A DNA stretch of 64,000 bases, taken from NCBI GenBank assembly GCA_028534125.1, contig CM052816.1, positions 85,128,001-85,192,000 on the forward strand, written 5' to 3'. Numbering within the stretch: position 1 is the stretch's first letter; each line of letters opens with the position of its first letter. A program made the translations under genes and the position numbers. The notes beneath the pieces are model-generated. The model did not search any database, was not told the origin of the DNA, and was given only the letters and a program-made list of their open reading frames with translations. Positions 41,175 to 55,714 of the stretch are shown piece after piece. The DNA is from Lama glama. Its lineage: Eukaryota.

Positions 41175-41380
41175 AAAGGCTTCTACCACTTACACTACAT
41201 TTATTACAGGTCATTATATTCATTATCTCACGTAACCTTCTGAACAGCTGATGTAAATGTTCTTTCTTCTCTCTCTCTTTTTTTAAAAAACAAACATGGT
41301 AACTGATGCTCAGAGGAGTAAAGCCCTTCCCCAGGTGGATAGTGTTGCATTTTACATCAAAACTCCACCCTTGGTCAATA
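41175..41380 (-). mobile_element. Degenerate MIR SINE (antisense)
   Basis: 'aactgatgctcagaggagtaaagcccttccccagg' is the antisense MIR core. Confidence 0.6.
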
Positions 41381-42603
41381 ACTTCCACTGACTTCATCTG
41401 GTACTTCTAAGTAAAGGAAAACTTGAAATATCAAGAAGTTAATAAAAATTAAAATTATCTACATTTCCTTTATGTATTTTTTAAAGAATTAAGTGGATTC
41501 CTTGTGTCTTGAGGATTTTCCTCTGAAGTACACTGAACATGATTATTTCAGATATATGATTTTCATGGAGAAATATGGTTTCAATCAATCATCATCCATC
41601 TAATTTAAGGAAGATCTATCATTTAAAATGCAGACAAATATCTGAATCATTCCAAAAGTTCTGTCAATTATAACTTTTTTTAAAGACCCTGAGTCAAAAT
41701 ACTCATGGAAACAAAACTCAGAAAATTTTTGTTCTAATATTACTTTTGCTGTTTTAAGAGTAATTCTAGATAAAGCGGAAAACAATTCTGAATTCTATGC
41801 TCTGTGGTATATTTGTTATATCCCCTGATTTTCTACTTTTTTACAAGTTTAATGTCAATAATTCAAATGAACCAACACAATTGCATCTAATTTTAATGTA
41901 GATTCTTAAATAGTAAATGAAATAGATGTTGAATTTGTGATGCTAGTAACATGATTTTTTGTATCCTAGTCTCTTAGAATTCTTGTTTTAGGATTTTTTT
42001 CTTCTTGAAAGAAGAAAGTATAGAATGAGAGTAAATATTACGTCTTTCATTTAAAATGTATTCAGGCATAATTAAACATTTTTAATTTGAATATATTTCT
42101 CTTTTCTTCATGTTACTATTATAGGCCACCTTTTCATTTGGTAACTTTCCTCAGTGATCCATGCTTATTCTATGTGTATTCCTAGATGTCAAAAGTCTTC
42201 TTTCACTATTTATTACAATGATTATTCACAGTTTATGTGTTTGTCCATTTTCTTGGCACGTTTTGGCACTTCATTAACTAAAGGGACACATTTAGTTTTG
42301 CTAATAAATTTAGTTAATTAAATAGATTATTTTTTCCAAAAAGTATTTACATTTGTAAAGCTGCCTTTGAGTTTCCTGGAAAAAAAAAAAAACCAGTTTT
42401 GATCTAGGTATAGTACAAATGTAGCTGTTCAAAATATGAAGATTTCTGATATATTTTATAATTTAAAGTTTAGTTAGGTGTTATTTTTACACTTGTATTA
42501 TTCCCTGGAAATGATTTCTCTTTTTTTCTTAATTAGATCATAGTTAAACCAAAAAAATACAATTATGTTTAGTGAAATGATTTCTGGACTATGTTTCTCT
42601 AAT

Positions 42604-43056
42604 TGTAGCACAGATCCCTCTCAGTCCTTCTGAGCATCCATTTATCAAGCTTCATTGTGCTTATTTCTAAAGTCTGGTACCTGGACTCTCTTTCCACAAC
42701 TGCCCTTGGACCACTAGAGTCATTTGCCCATAAGAACAGAAGTTCAGAAGCACCTGGGGGCTTAGTCCACACACCTGGCCCCCAACAACTGACTGCTGCT
42801 AGAAAGGAAAGCCCAGGGCTCTTGCCCAGATTTGGACCAGATTCTGAGGTGCGGTTTATTGTGCCTGCTTCATGATCACACTGAAGCTGGGGCATTGCCT
42901 AAAACCAAAACTGTTCTTGGTTTCTTCCTCTGTTGTCCTGTTTCTCCCTTTCCCTTACAAAGTTTTTTTTTTTTTTCTCTGAATGAAGTTCTTTCTAAAT
43001 CACTTGCACGAGTAGCCTTATCTAAGGTTTGATTCTGAGGAATCCAACTTACAAAA
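42604..43056 (+). mobile_element. LTR16-like ERVL solo LTR
   Basis: Starts 'tgtagcacagatccc'; ends 'taaatcacttgcacgagtagccttatctaaggtttgattctgaggaatccaacttacaaa', matching the recalled LTR16 3' end. Confidence 0.75.
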
Positions 43057-43159
43057 ATGATAATATACTTTTACTTTATCTCTCCCAAAGTTCTAGAACA
43101 AGAATTAATTCAATACGGGCCAAGTGATAAATATGTGCTATAATTCCCGGGATGGAGAC

Positions 43160-43545
43160 TGTGGTGGTGATAACTAGGTCAGGCTGAGGGTGACAGCAAA
43201 CCCCAGTAACTGTGGATTCATAAAGATCAAAGTTTTTCTCTCTCACATTCATATGGGCATTTCAGGGTTAACATGGATTTTTTTGACCATCAGAGACAAT
43301 GACTCTTCTATCTTTTATTCTATTCGATAAGAAAACTTACACATTCTAATCAAATATGGCTGAATCTGCTTTACAAACTTTCAGAAGCTTCAAGAAAAAG
43401 AAGAGAGAATTCTCCTCAGTTTAAAGACACTTTTTAATAACATGAAAGATGATCATTGGACTGAGATGATCACAAAGATAAGCTTTGGGGCAAAGGAGGA
43501 TGGGAAATCTAGTTTGTATTTTGGGTGGTCAGAAGCTAAGTAAAT
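43160..43545 (-). mobile_element. Old MLT1 (J/K-like) LTR remnant
   Basis: 'gtgacagcaaaccccag', 'aaagtttttctctctcaca', 'gcaaaggaggatgggaaatctagttt'. Confidence 0.5.
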
Positions 43546-45982
43546 ACTTACAGGTTGCTTTAAATAGAGAATAGTGGGAGAATGAATATTGGATAGGAAA
43601 GAGCAGTGTCTATCACAGGACGAAAAAAATGGACTTCAGCTTTTCTCTTAAGCATCAGATTTACCATATAAGAGTGTTTTAGGCATTCCAAAAATGTCAA
43701 TTGAAAAATCTGAAAGCCTTCTTTATAACCAGTTAACTGTACTTTCATTATTTTAATTGAAGCAATAAGTTTAAAATATAAAAAAATAAATTTGAGGCAA
43801 ATCAAAAAAGCATAAAAGTCTGTTAAATGCCTACAGATGACTTTTAAAGCTACTCAGTGTATTCTAGCATCCAACTCATTATCCCCAAAGTCTGTTTGAA
43901 TGCAAGACTTCCTCTCCAGCAAGGATTCATTCTCGTTATTTGACTCAAAAGAACTGTTTCATTTACTTAAATAGGCAGAACTGTTGGTCTCTTTTGTGTT
44001 GTGATTTTGCAGAAGGATTCCCATGAATAAATATTTTGAAACCATCAACTCAGGTATCTAACATTCAGCAAGTCTGTTTAGAAGTCTATTTACTGAGAAA
44101 ATTACCAATTTACATAGAAAAAGAATCTGTATCTAGTGAACGGTTTTATTGAGATGACAAATGTTCAATTTTCCTTTGACCTTAAAGAGTCCCAAAAGCC
44201 CTACCACTAATTCTATCATTCAAGTTTGCAGAGAAATTTACTTAATTAATATAGTCTACTTAATAAAATGTGGTTTCAAATCACCAATTTCACTCAATTT
44301 TTAAGGACTCTGAACTTCTGAAGACAAAGGTTATGGAACATTTTGTATCTATATTTTATCACCAGCACTTAAAAATAGTGTCTAGCCTGAAGTAGAAATG
44401 TGATAAATATTTATTGAATTAAGTATTAATACATAATTGTGTTAATGGATAACGAGTGGATTCTAATATTTTGCTTTACTTAGATATCCAAAATAGGAGA
44501 AGAAATAATCCCATTTAACCAGCTAAGGAATTCCAGTTGTCAGAAACCCAAACTGTGAGCCTAGGTTTACTTCCTGTGCAAATGTTAAAATCATTTTCTT
44601 TACGACACAAATAGCAAAGGAAACTTGAAAATGAGAGCTGCATTTTCCAAAAGCTTCCCAGTTACCTGTGTGCCACCCTAAACACCATAACTATATTATT
44701 CATTAATGTGTGCATAAGATTATAAACATTATTTCTATGATATAACCTAGAGTTTAGTAACATTTTGAGTAAACAGATTAATGAATAAGCAAATAAAAGA
44801 CAGGCTGAATGAATAAAATCCCTAAGAAAAGCTAAAATCATTAGAATTTGTATTGATAGCTTGTAGAATGGATGTTCAGTCATTAGCGAATACACTCTGG
44901 GAACTATTCTATATTCAGAAGAATACTTTCTCTGACATAATAAGAGGTACTCCAGCCAGCTTCATGGTGAGAGATTCAACTTGAGTTTTGCAGGCAAGAA
45001 CACCTGCATTCATGGATAGTGTATGTATTCAGATATCAGAAGCACAATGCTTAAGGGTATGGAGTCATCTATGGATTAAGTCATCACAATAGAGTTAGAA
45101 TTCAGTAGGAATTCATCCAGACATAGAAGATTCAGATAACCCATGACTGGAAAACTAGAAAATAGAATTGAGTAGAGCTAATAGGAGAGGCCAAACCACC
45201 GGGAGAAAAGACCCAGGAGACGGGCCCCTCTGAAACACAGAGCAGGAGATGCAATCATGCACATTCTGCAAAGTCTTGACATGTGTGCAAACCTCTAAAA
45301 TTTGTAATATATGCAAATGTTGCCTATAGTTTATAATACTGCAACATGCACCTGCCTTGCAATAGTTACTTATATATAGCGAATAGATTTTTTTCTCTTG
45401 ATCTCATACCTTTTTTTTTTTTATCCCTAAACCCAGTATCTACTCTCTAACAAGTTATTTGATCTTATTCTCTGGCAGAATGTCAGTATTGTTTTAGAGA
45501 AAGTGTTGGGGGGGGAAAAAGTCAGCCTTTCAATAGGGAGACGAACTAAAGAAAGGATCCATGTTGTGGAAATGCATAAATTCATTGAGTACAAATGCAG
45601 ATGCTATGTCTCTTTCTATGTAAAAAAAATCAGTCATGGCTTAACAACATTGTTATATAGCTAATGATTATCATTTGTGTGAAATAAGTATAATATGATA
45701 AATATAATACAAATGTACCAAATATGTAGTAAGCACCTACTATGTACCTGGACCTTTCCTTGCTTTCAATACAGACAGAATTTTACTTATCAAGTGCCAA
45801 TGAATTGATATAATTAGTTTTATTTATGCTTGTTTTAATTTATTTAAACACAAAGAATAAATCTAATATATGTTGCTTTGCAAATACTTGGGAAATTATT
45901 AGTTATGTTCAATCAGTTCAAAATTTTAAATTTTCACATGAGTAACAGATGATGAATTAGAATTCTTTAAAAATATAATAAC

Positions 45983-46310
45983 TGTAGGAATCTTAAAAAA
46001 AAGACAAACTTATTTACAAAACAGAAACAGACTCAGACATAGAAAACAAACTATGGTTACCAGAGGAGAAGCATGTGGGAAGGAATAAATAGGGATTTCG
46101 AGATTTGCAGATGCTAATATATATAAAATACATAAGCAACAAGTTTATACTGTATAGCACAGGAACCTATATTCAATATCTTGTAGTAACATGGTGAAAA
46201 AGAATATGAAAATGAATATATATGTTCATGTGTGAATAAAGCATTGTGCAGTACACCAGAAATTGACACATTGTAAATTGACTATACTTCAATAAAAATA
46301 TATATAAAAG
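45983..46310 (+). mobile_element. Lineage-specific (cetartiodactyl/camelid-type) LINE-1 3' end
   Basis: 'tatttacaaaacagaaacagactcagacatagaaaacaaactatggttacca...ctgtatagcacagg...caccagaaattgacacattgtaaattgactatacttcaataaaa'. Confidence 0.9.
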
Positions 46311-48976
46311 GAAATAGATAATCATTTTTGATTGTGTCCAGAGAAAGGAAAAATGAAAATTAAAAAAAAAATCCAGGCTGATATTCTTAATTTTTCTAAT
46401 TTATCGAGTGATAATTATGATTATGATTTTAGATCACTTAACAACATATTATTGTCACTAATAATTTAGAGCAATATATTATGAGAAAATTGTACATTTG
46501 TGCTATTTTTACAGAAACTGTAATATACTATGCTCACAATTCAGTATCAAAGAAAGTAACCTTTACCGCCAAATTTATTTTCTGTTGAGAGGTTTTCAGT
46601 ATACTGAAAGCAGCATAGTCAATTGCTGTATGCATATTTGGTTTGCTTCAGTAATGCTACAACCCTTTAATGAACATAATTCAAAATGATTTGTAAGTAT
46701 GGGCTTTAAAGAATGTCTTCTATTTGGAGTATTCTTTATAAAAGACAAAATAACACAAGATGAATACAAATGTGATCAGAGATGCATAATGGCAGCTCAA
46801 TCATCATCACCCATGGTGAGCAGAAATTTCATGGAGTGAGAATCTAAAGGCATTGCTTGTCTTTCTCTTGAAATGAAAATCTACTACCCAGAATGAGAAT
46901 GGGTTGCTCACAGGCATGCCTTAATTCACTGAATAATGACTATGCTTTTATGGCAAAAATTCAAGTCAGATGAAGGACTGAAAGAATACTCAGTGGGAAG
47001 TAACTGTACTTCCCCAGAGCTGACGAACTTTGGAACTGAGGTAAGTTGAGGAAAAAATGGAAATAGGGCATCCTACTGTATCTGTAGCAAGCACTCACAC
47101 TGTTCATGTAATAGATATTGATGTCTGCCCACAGAGATGAATGGTTGAAGAAGAAAAGAGACATTTTTCAGCAATTCTTGATTCCACATTCTTCTCATGA
47201 GTACTGCTTGAAAGCCAGTAAAATGATTCAAGAAAACCATTACCTCTGGAATGTATCTAATTGGATAAATGGCAGCAGGTCAAGGTTCCCACTGATGGAG
47301 AGGTAGTTACAGTTATGTCATAGTTTTGTTTAAGGAAGCTTTATAATGCTCAGTGAATTTTGTTATTTTTGAAAGACTATGATAATAATGCTTTTATCCT
47401 TATTTCTTTAGACATATATTGGTACTTCAGTGCTGTAGCCAAAACCTATCATATTCCATTATCAGTGAAAAACTATAGAACATCTACTTTAAAATAAGAA
47501 AAAGAAAATAAAGCTTTTGTGTGTCCAATGTATTTATCTAGTACTGTACTATTCTTTAGAAAACAAAAAGTTAATAACCTAATTTTTGCCAAGTGGTCTG
47601 ACACTCCATTTTGACATGATTAATAATATTCCTTATGATAATCTACTGATAAATGTGTGGGGGATAACATGTTTAAAAAAACTTTAGACAGATGCTCTAT
47701 TCATAATTTTAAATATTTAATAAAAATTACCCTTGTGGTTAAATTTTTAAGGTCAAAATATAAGGGTTTTTCACTCTAAATCCAGTCAGAATATAAGGTG
47801 TGATGAAAGAAAATAGACAACACCTATGATGCGAATATGAAGCATGTCCTAGGTTTTTATGGTTTAACTCTTTTTGAATTCGATGTCATTTTCTGATTGA
47901 TTTGCAAGTTTTGTCATTTTGGATTTTATAGTTAAAGTAACTATATAAAGAAAAGGAAGGTGAATTATTTTTCTTCAATTTCAAATGGAGCAGATTTGTT
48001 TTCACTTCTCAATATTATCACTGTAAAATACTACATTATGAATAGTACTTGAACTGTGTACATGATATGCAAAAATTATTTTAAATCAAAATTTAATAAT
48101 TTAAAATTTGTAAAGGTAGTTTCATTCTTTGATACTTAGTGAAGAACTCTGTAATATTGTATGTGGGCAATGCCATGTTTCAAATAAAATAAATGTTTCT
48201 GTGTGATTCACATGCATATGCAGAATTCACTGACAGAATTCATGCTTTTGTGTGCACACATGGAAAAGAAGGGTAGCCATGTGCCAAATCTCAAAATGAA
48301 TACCTGCTAAATAAATCACATTATAATAACACTTTAGCAAAAAATTATATATTTGGTTATTTTGAGCTTTTAAGTTATTTCAAGTAGACACAAGTTTCAT
48401 TCTCTTAAGGAATTATACAGAGGAAAATTGACTTTTGAGTCATTCCATCCTACAAGAAGAGTGCTGGGTTATTTTATTCAGGTTACTTATGCCCGGTGAG
48501 TGAGTGGACCCAAAGCCAGAATTCCCCCATCACCCAGGAGGAGTTAGGAGAGTATAAACATACCTGATCAAGGGAAGATGTTAATGTCTCATCACCCCTA
48601 CTGTAACCTCCATTCCATGTATATGGTATTCGTGGTGGTTGTGCCTTCATGAGAAATGTGGGGGTCTGAGAAGGTTGTATTTCCATTTGGGAGCACTTTA
48701 TCCTATCTACTGCTTTATGTAGCTCAGTGTTACAAATGTGTTTCGATATCCTCTATTGTAAAGAAAACCTCTATTTCAACTATATCCAATACCTTTCTTC
48801 CATCAATAATACAACAGATCCACAATGAAAGTGAGTTTTATATTTGTTTTATGATCTGGAGTTATGATGAACATAATCTGAATAAAAAGTTCGTCAACAG
48901 TAATACTTTTAGAACAATCTTTATAGAAAAGAAATAGAAAGGAAAGTACAAATTTTTTAAAGTTTCTGTTCTAGGA

Positions 48977-50475
48977 ACTGGAGGAATCAAGCTTCCTGAA
49001 TTCAGACTATTCTACAAAACTACAGTAATCAAAACCATGGTACTGGCATGAATACAGACACATGGATCAATGGAACAGAATAGAAAGCCCAGAATTAAAC
49101 CCACATGTTTATGACCAGTTAATCTATGACAAAGGAGGCAAGAATATACAATGGAGGAAAGATAGTCTCTTTAGTAACTGGTGCTGGAAAAACTGGACAG
49201 CTACATGTAAAAGAATAAAATTAGAAAATTCTCTAACACCATATACAAAAATAAATTCAAAATGGATTAAAGACCCAAATGTAAGACTGGATATTCTGAA
49301 ACTCCCAACAGAAAACATAGGAAAGACACTCTTTGACATAAATTGCAGTAATGTTTTTTTTGGATCCATCTCCTAGAGTAATGGAAACAAAAGCAAAAAT
49401 AAAAAATGGAACATAATTAAACTTAAAAGCCTTTGCATAGCAAAGGAAATCATAAACAAAATAAAAGGACAACCTACAGAATGGGAGAAAGTATTTGCAA
49501 ATGATGAGACTGATAAGGGCTCAAAATATAGAAACAGCTGAAACAGCTCAATATCAAAAAACAAACAACTCAATCAAAAAATGGAAAGAAGACCTAAATA
49601 GACATTTCTCCAAAGAAGACATACAGACGGCTAGAAGGCACATGAAAAGATACTCAATGGTGCTAATTATTAGAGAAATGCAAATCAAAACTACATTGAG
49701 CTGTCACCTCCCATCAGTCAGAATTGTCATCATTAAAAAGTCTACAAATAATAAATGCTAGAGAGGGTTTGGATAAAAGAGAATCCTCCTACAATGCTGG
49801 TAGGAATGTATTTTGGTTTAGCCACTATGGAGAACAGTATGGAGATTCTATTAAAAAAATAAATAAAAACAGTCTTACCATATGACAGCAATCCTACTTC
49901 TGGACATCTGGAGAAAACTAACTCAAAAAAAAAACCCCACGATTCCCAATGTTCATAGTGGCACCATTTTAATAAGCAAGCTATGGCAGCCACCTAAGAG
50001 TCCATCAATAGATGAATGGATAAAGAACATATGGTATGTATATGCATGGAATATTATTCAGCCATGAAAAGGAATGAAATAATGCCATTTGCAGCAACAA
50101 GGATGGACCTATATATTATCATACTAAGTGAAGTCAGAAAGAGAAAGACAAATACCATATGATATCACTCCAGTGTGAAATATTAAAAAAAGATTCAAAT
50201 GAACTTACAAACAGAAGCAGACTCACAGACACAGAAAACAAACTTATGGTTACCAAAGGGAAAATGTGGGGGAGGGATGAATTTGGAATTTGAGATTAAC
50301 AGATAAACACTACTATTATAAGCAGACAAACAAGGACCTACTGTATAGCACAGGGAGCTATATTCAATATATTGTAATAACCTAGAATGGATGGGAAGGA
50401 ATCTGAAAAATACATACATAATAATTTTACTGTACACCTGAAACACTGTAAATCAATTACACTTCAATAAAAAAA
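48977..50475 (+). mobile_element. 5'-truncated LINE-1 (ORF2 C-terminal part plus 3'UTR and A tail)
   Basis: ORFs 49062..49376 ([11 protein letters not shown]...WCWKNW) and 49495..49761 ([11 protein letters not shown]...[10 protein letters not shown]) are L1 ORF2, frameshifted; ends cttcaataaaaaaa. Confidence 0.96.
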
Positions 50476-52087
50476 TGTACTTTCTATGTCTCCAGAGGCC
50501 CAGTCTATATTTCATATGCATGTAAATTGTTAAGATAGTACATAAGCAAAGGAAAATTCAGTTTGTTCCAAGAAACTAATCAAATACTTGTTTTCCCTCC
50601 TTTTTCCATCAATAAAGTAAAATGTATAGGTATTTGAAAAAGTTCTAGAAATCCTTTGTGCTATAATGGAAACTAAAGTTTCCTAGCTTTATAAGTGTTA
50701 AAAACTTGTGTATGTTCTTTGGCTTGATTAGGAAGAGCTGGTGGTCTTGCACAGGGTGACAGTGATCGACTCTAGACCTACCATAGCAATTAAAAGGGTC
50801 AACTATCTTGTAACAAACCTTGTGAATATTTACTCAAGTCACCAAATTTTCAATGAACCAGATTAAAAATCTTTCACTACTAGCTATGTGTAACCACAAA
50901 TCACTTAGATAGCCAACAGAATAATTTCATCAAATACACAGGCAGAGTTGCTCCCATAGGTGGTGTGTCTTTGGATATCGCTTTATATGGTAACAGCAAA
51001 ACATCATGATAAAGGGTATGTCAAAATACATGACTTACCAGTGTAGGAGTATGTGCTATGCAGAGTCTAAGACTACTGACTGCAAAGAAGCATTATGAAA
51101 AGGTCTGTTTTGGGGAGATTAAAAATAAAAATACTTTCACAGTAAACTTGCATTCTATTACAGTTTTTTTTTTAATATACTTGTATTTCAACAGATTCTG
51201 TCTTTTGGTCTTCCAACTTAGATTTCACATTATGATATCTAATAGAATTGTGTCTCTGTAGAGGCCCAACATACAACTGTAGTATTCCTTATTTTGTTAT
51301 AGGAGTGCAGGTTATAATTATGTTTACATATGTATAATGAGCAACTAAATTCCATCAACTCATATTCATAAAGATCACAACTTCAATTTCTTGTTATTGT
51401 TTTACCCATCTTTTCCTTGACTCTATCCTTGTACCCCTGACTGAATAATTGTGAATGTTCTGAAGAAACAGACCTTGAAACGTGAAGATGTCTTAAACCA
51501 AAATTTTTCCTATGGTTAAAAAACCGTAAAGAGGGATCAAATATCATTATACGTACTATGCTTTCTGAGCAAAGAGTGTAGTTAACATACATTTAATTCA
51601 ACTAGAATACTATATCTGAAGATTCTAATTAAAATTTTACTGTACTTTAAGGTGCTGATAAATAATCAGCTTTTAAGTAAACTTCTATTACTTTGAAGAC
51701 TGTCCAAGCTCTTTATTTGCATAAAACTGCAATTTACAGATTTGGCAAGTGAAAAATTCTGCATATACTAATCAGCAGACTTTAGTACCTAGAATTTAAA
51801 GCCACAAATTTTGCTGATTATAGCCGAAATAGGTACTTTGGAGTTTCATTATATAATTAAATAAATTTAATATGTTATTATCTTAAGAAGAATCTCCAGC
51901 AGAATAGCTCCACTGTATTAAATTACTCGTAATTGCTTCTACAGCACTCAGTACAACCAAGGTTCTCTCATCACATAATGCTTAACAATTTAACGATGGA
52001 ATTAACTTCTTTTCCGGGGAAGGAGAATCTTTACATATTAGCCTGTCTCTAAAAAGTTAAGATTTCATGTTTTAAGAGTGTGGACTA

Positions 52088-52420
52088 TGTCTTAGTCAGG
52101 GTAGAGTAGACTATGCTTCAGTGACAAGCAACATAAAGAGGTCTATAGAAGGAGATCTGTTTTTAAGACACCGAGGAATCCAGACTGACAGCAGTTCTAC
52201 CACATACATGGCAACATCTGGACCACTGGGCTACCTCAGCTGCTGCAACAGGGAAAGACCGAGGGAGAACTCAATATGCACTTTCACTGCATCCCTCTTC
52301 AAGTGACACATTTCAGAGCTCACTGGCCAGAACAAGAAACATGACTTTGGCTAACTGCAAGGAGGGACAAAAACAAATACAATGAACAAATATAATATTT
52401 GGTAAGTGTTGTCATTGTCA
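52088..52420 (-). mobile_element. Old MLT1 (J/L-like) LTR remnant
   Basis: 'tgtcttagtcagggtagagtagactatgcttcagtgacaagcaac' and 'gctcactggccagaacaagaaacatgactttggctaactgcaagg'. Confidence 0.6.
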
Positions 52421-52540
52421 CAATTTGTATGGGAAAAAATGGGAAGTAAAACAAATGAAAACTTACTATAATATAGATGCTCCTATGCTAGGAAACAAAA
52501 TAATTTGCAATAATGAACTGCTTCAAATATGCTTATTTAT

Positions 52541-52789
52541 GGGGAAGGATAGACTGAGAGTTCGAGATTGGTAGATACTGACAGGTATATATAGACTAGA
52601 TAAATAAGTTTATATTGTTATAGCCCAGGGAAATATATTCAAGATCTTGTAGTAGCTCACAGTGGAAAAGAACATGAAAATGAATTGTATGTATATTCAT
52701 GTATGACTGAAAAATTGTGCTACACACCAGAAATTGAACAACATTGTATACTGACTATAACTCAATAAAAAATATATTGCTAGTGTAAA
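52541..52789 (+). mobile_element. Short camelid-type LINE-1 3' end with TSD
   Basis: 'gatagactgagagttcgagattggtagatactgacagg...aagatcttgtagtagctcacag...gactataactcaataaaaaa'. TSD aaatatgcttatttat (52525-52540) / aaaaatgcctatttat (52790-52805). Confidence 0.9.
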
Positions 52790-53834
52790 AAAAATGCCTA
52801 TTTATACTTTACTCTTACATGCCTGTATCCCATTCTGGCTAAGAGTAGTGCTTAACTAAACTGAACTTCATAATATATGAGCCCTTTCACATATTATTCC
52901 AAATCATTTTCTCAAGACCCCTGTGGCAGAAGGTTAAGTGAGATTTACCTGTTTTCTATGATTTAAGAAGCTCTCCTACAAGGAGCTTTCCCCCAAACAC
53001 TTCCTTAACGCTCCCAACATTAAACTTTCTGTACTTATAAATAGGGTTATAAATCATTGTCTACTCTTAATTTACAGTTTGCAAATTAAATTTTTTTTAT
53101 TTTATAAATTTAGAAATAAATTCACAAATTTTATCCAAAATCAAATTATAATTGCCTCTGGTAAAGATAAGAAATGAAACCAATATGAACTCTTGACATT
53201 GTAACATGCATGTCAGCATTACAGCAATTATCTACATACCCTAATGGAAAGGTATCAGGCCAGGTGAGCAGCGGGAATGAAGAGAGTTTAAAAGGGTGGA
53301 GGAGTATGTCAATAAGCAAAGTCACTAAAACAGACTTTAAAATGAAGATTGTTGTTAATACTTCCTCACTGAAAGAGAAATGCAAAGCTGTGAAAAGACT
53401 ACATCCTCTGAACTTCAATAATAAAATGTAAAGAAAATAATGCGATGCAGGGAAAACAAGCTGTCACTTCTGCCACTACGAGTATAAATTGTTAAAGCTC
53501 TGAGAGGGAATTACTTTCATCATTGTCTATCAAAATTTCTAAACTATGCATTGTACCAGTGCTAGTAGTTCCTGCATAGCTGTAGAAAAATGTACAAAGA
53601 CGTTCATCATTGCATTGCTTTTTATACCAAAATGTCACAAAGTTTAAAAAGAATGATTAAATTATGGAGCTTGTATTCTATGAAATACTAAAAAAAAATT
53701 ACATGGAGCTTTCCTGATAAGGGAGAATCTCTAAGGCATAGAGTAAGTGGTAGACGTAAATAGAATAAATTACTACTGTAGCTAATATTTATTGGTTTTT
53801 TTCCTCCATGTCAAATATTATTATAAACATCTCA

Positions 53835-53928
53835 AATGCATTACACTCACATTTTCACAATAACTATGTAGTGTAGTTTACAATGCATTACACTCACATT
53901 CTCACAATAACTATGTAGTGTAGTGTAC
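53835..53928. repeat. Tandem duplication, 2 x 47 bp
   Basis: aatgcattacactcacatt(t/c)tcacaataactatgtagtgtagt(t/g)tac at 53835 and 53882; 2 mismatches. Confidence 0.95.
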
Positions 53929-55714
53929 AACTTTAAGTCTCTTTTTATACATATGGAAGCTGAGTCGCTGAGAGGTTTTGGGGTCTTGCTCAAGATTGTA
54001 AGACTACTGAACCTGGTGACGCTCAGAAACAAACCAAGGCAGCCTCTTCTCCAGCCTGTATTATTTCCACTGGGAGAGACATTTATGTACACATATTCAC
54101 ACAGTAGTGAGTGTGTGTGTGTGTGTATGGATGCGCCTTAGAGAGAGATAAAATGATCTATTTACATTTTAAAAATCCTGTAACTATAAATGGACACAAA
54201 TGCTTTAAGAAGAATGGTAGGAAAACATCAGACTTCCACCTGTGGAACAAGAATATGGGCTTCATAAAAGCTGCTGCTCTATTTTGTACGAAACTTTATC
54301 TAGCAACAGAGCCTTGCTGAGGTTTAAGAATTTGATAAATATATTACTGACTTCTCGAGTGACGGGCTGACTGAATGTTCACAGTGTTTACCTTTGTAGA
54401 GAGGGATGCATTTGGGGAAAGCACAATAGCATACGTCACTTCTTTTATGTTCTTTGAATGATTGAAAATGAGACCATATTATTATTCATATAATTTATAA
54501 TAACAGATTTTGAAAACTCTCTAAAAACAAGAATTTTCTAAATGTTTTAAGTTCATGCCACCTCGGAGTATCAGTATGGTATTCATGCCACTCTAAGTAT
54601 GAAAAAAAATGCTTAGAAGGTGTTTTGTATTAAGTATGCGGTTTACTTAATTTAGTAAGTAGTTAAGTCTGAACCACTTAATATGTTAATTTATATGATT
54701 CTGACAGGTGTCTCTACATTTCCTTTGAAAATTTAAAATACTATGGGTCATTTTTGTAAGTTTACCCATGCTTCCTGGGGCACGTCTGGATGCATACTGG
54801 ACCACAGCATTATAAAAATATTTAAATTCTTTAGTTGGAAAATATATTCAAATCTGTTTTTAATTCATAACACAAATTGTTTTAATTTAGATTTGTTAAA
54901 AATATTGTTACTAATGTCAATATCAATGCCTTTGGCTAATTTATTTTTTCAAGTTTTAATGATAATGATCTTGTTTAGGGGTATGATCCTTTCCTGACCT
55001 ATATAGTAATTGGTTACTTTATGAGTTTTCTCCTGTTTTTAGGAAAATAAGTTAAATGTATAGTTGTTCAGAATGTTGCTTATTGTTCTTATGACCTATT
55101 CATTTCTATTTGATAGTTATGTTAACATGTCAAAATGAAGTATGACCTGGATGGCATCTAGAATAACTGCTTGAATAGCGACTGTTACAAAAATAAAGAC
55201 AGAAGGACTAAAGACTCTTTCACATTTTATCATTTATATCTTTACGATGTGGGAAAGCCATAAGCCTGCCACCACATACGCCTTCCCCAGTAAATAAATC
55301 CTAAATATATTTAATGATAATGTTGACATAAAATAAAATTTTTGAAAACCATGTTGCAAATTATGTTTGTTGATTATTTAACATTCTAAATTGAAAGACA
55401 ACTAAGTACATTTAATGTACTAAACTACCTGATCCATAACTTAGTAGCAGTGTAACCATAATTGAATTAACTTCCCTGTAACTACTCTATGAGATATAAA
55501 GCTAATACCATTTTCCTTACAAGTCAATGCCAGGATTAACAGAAGCTAAACTCACTAATGGCTCCTCAAGAAGTCATTGAAATGAGTAAGTACAGAATTT
55601 AAAAGCTTAAATAATGAAATTATTTTTTTTAAAAAAGCTGCAACTTAATCTTATTTCTGAGAAATTAAATTATTTATCTATCATTTTGCTTAATTAGTTG
55701 ATATTTCATCAGTA

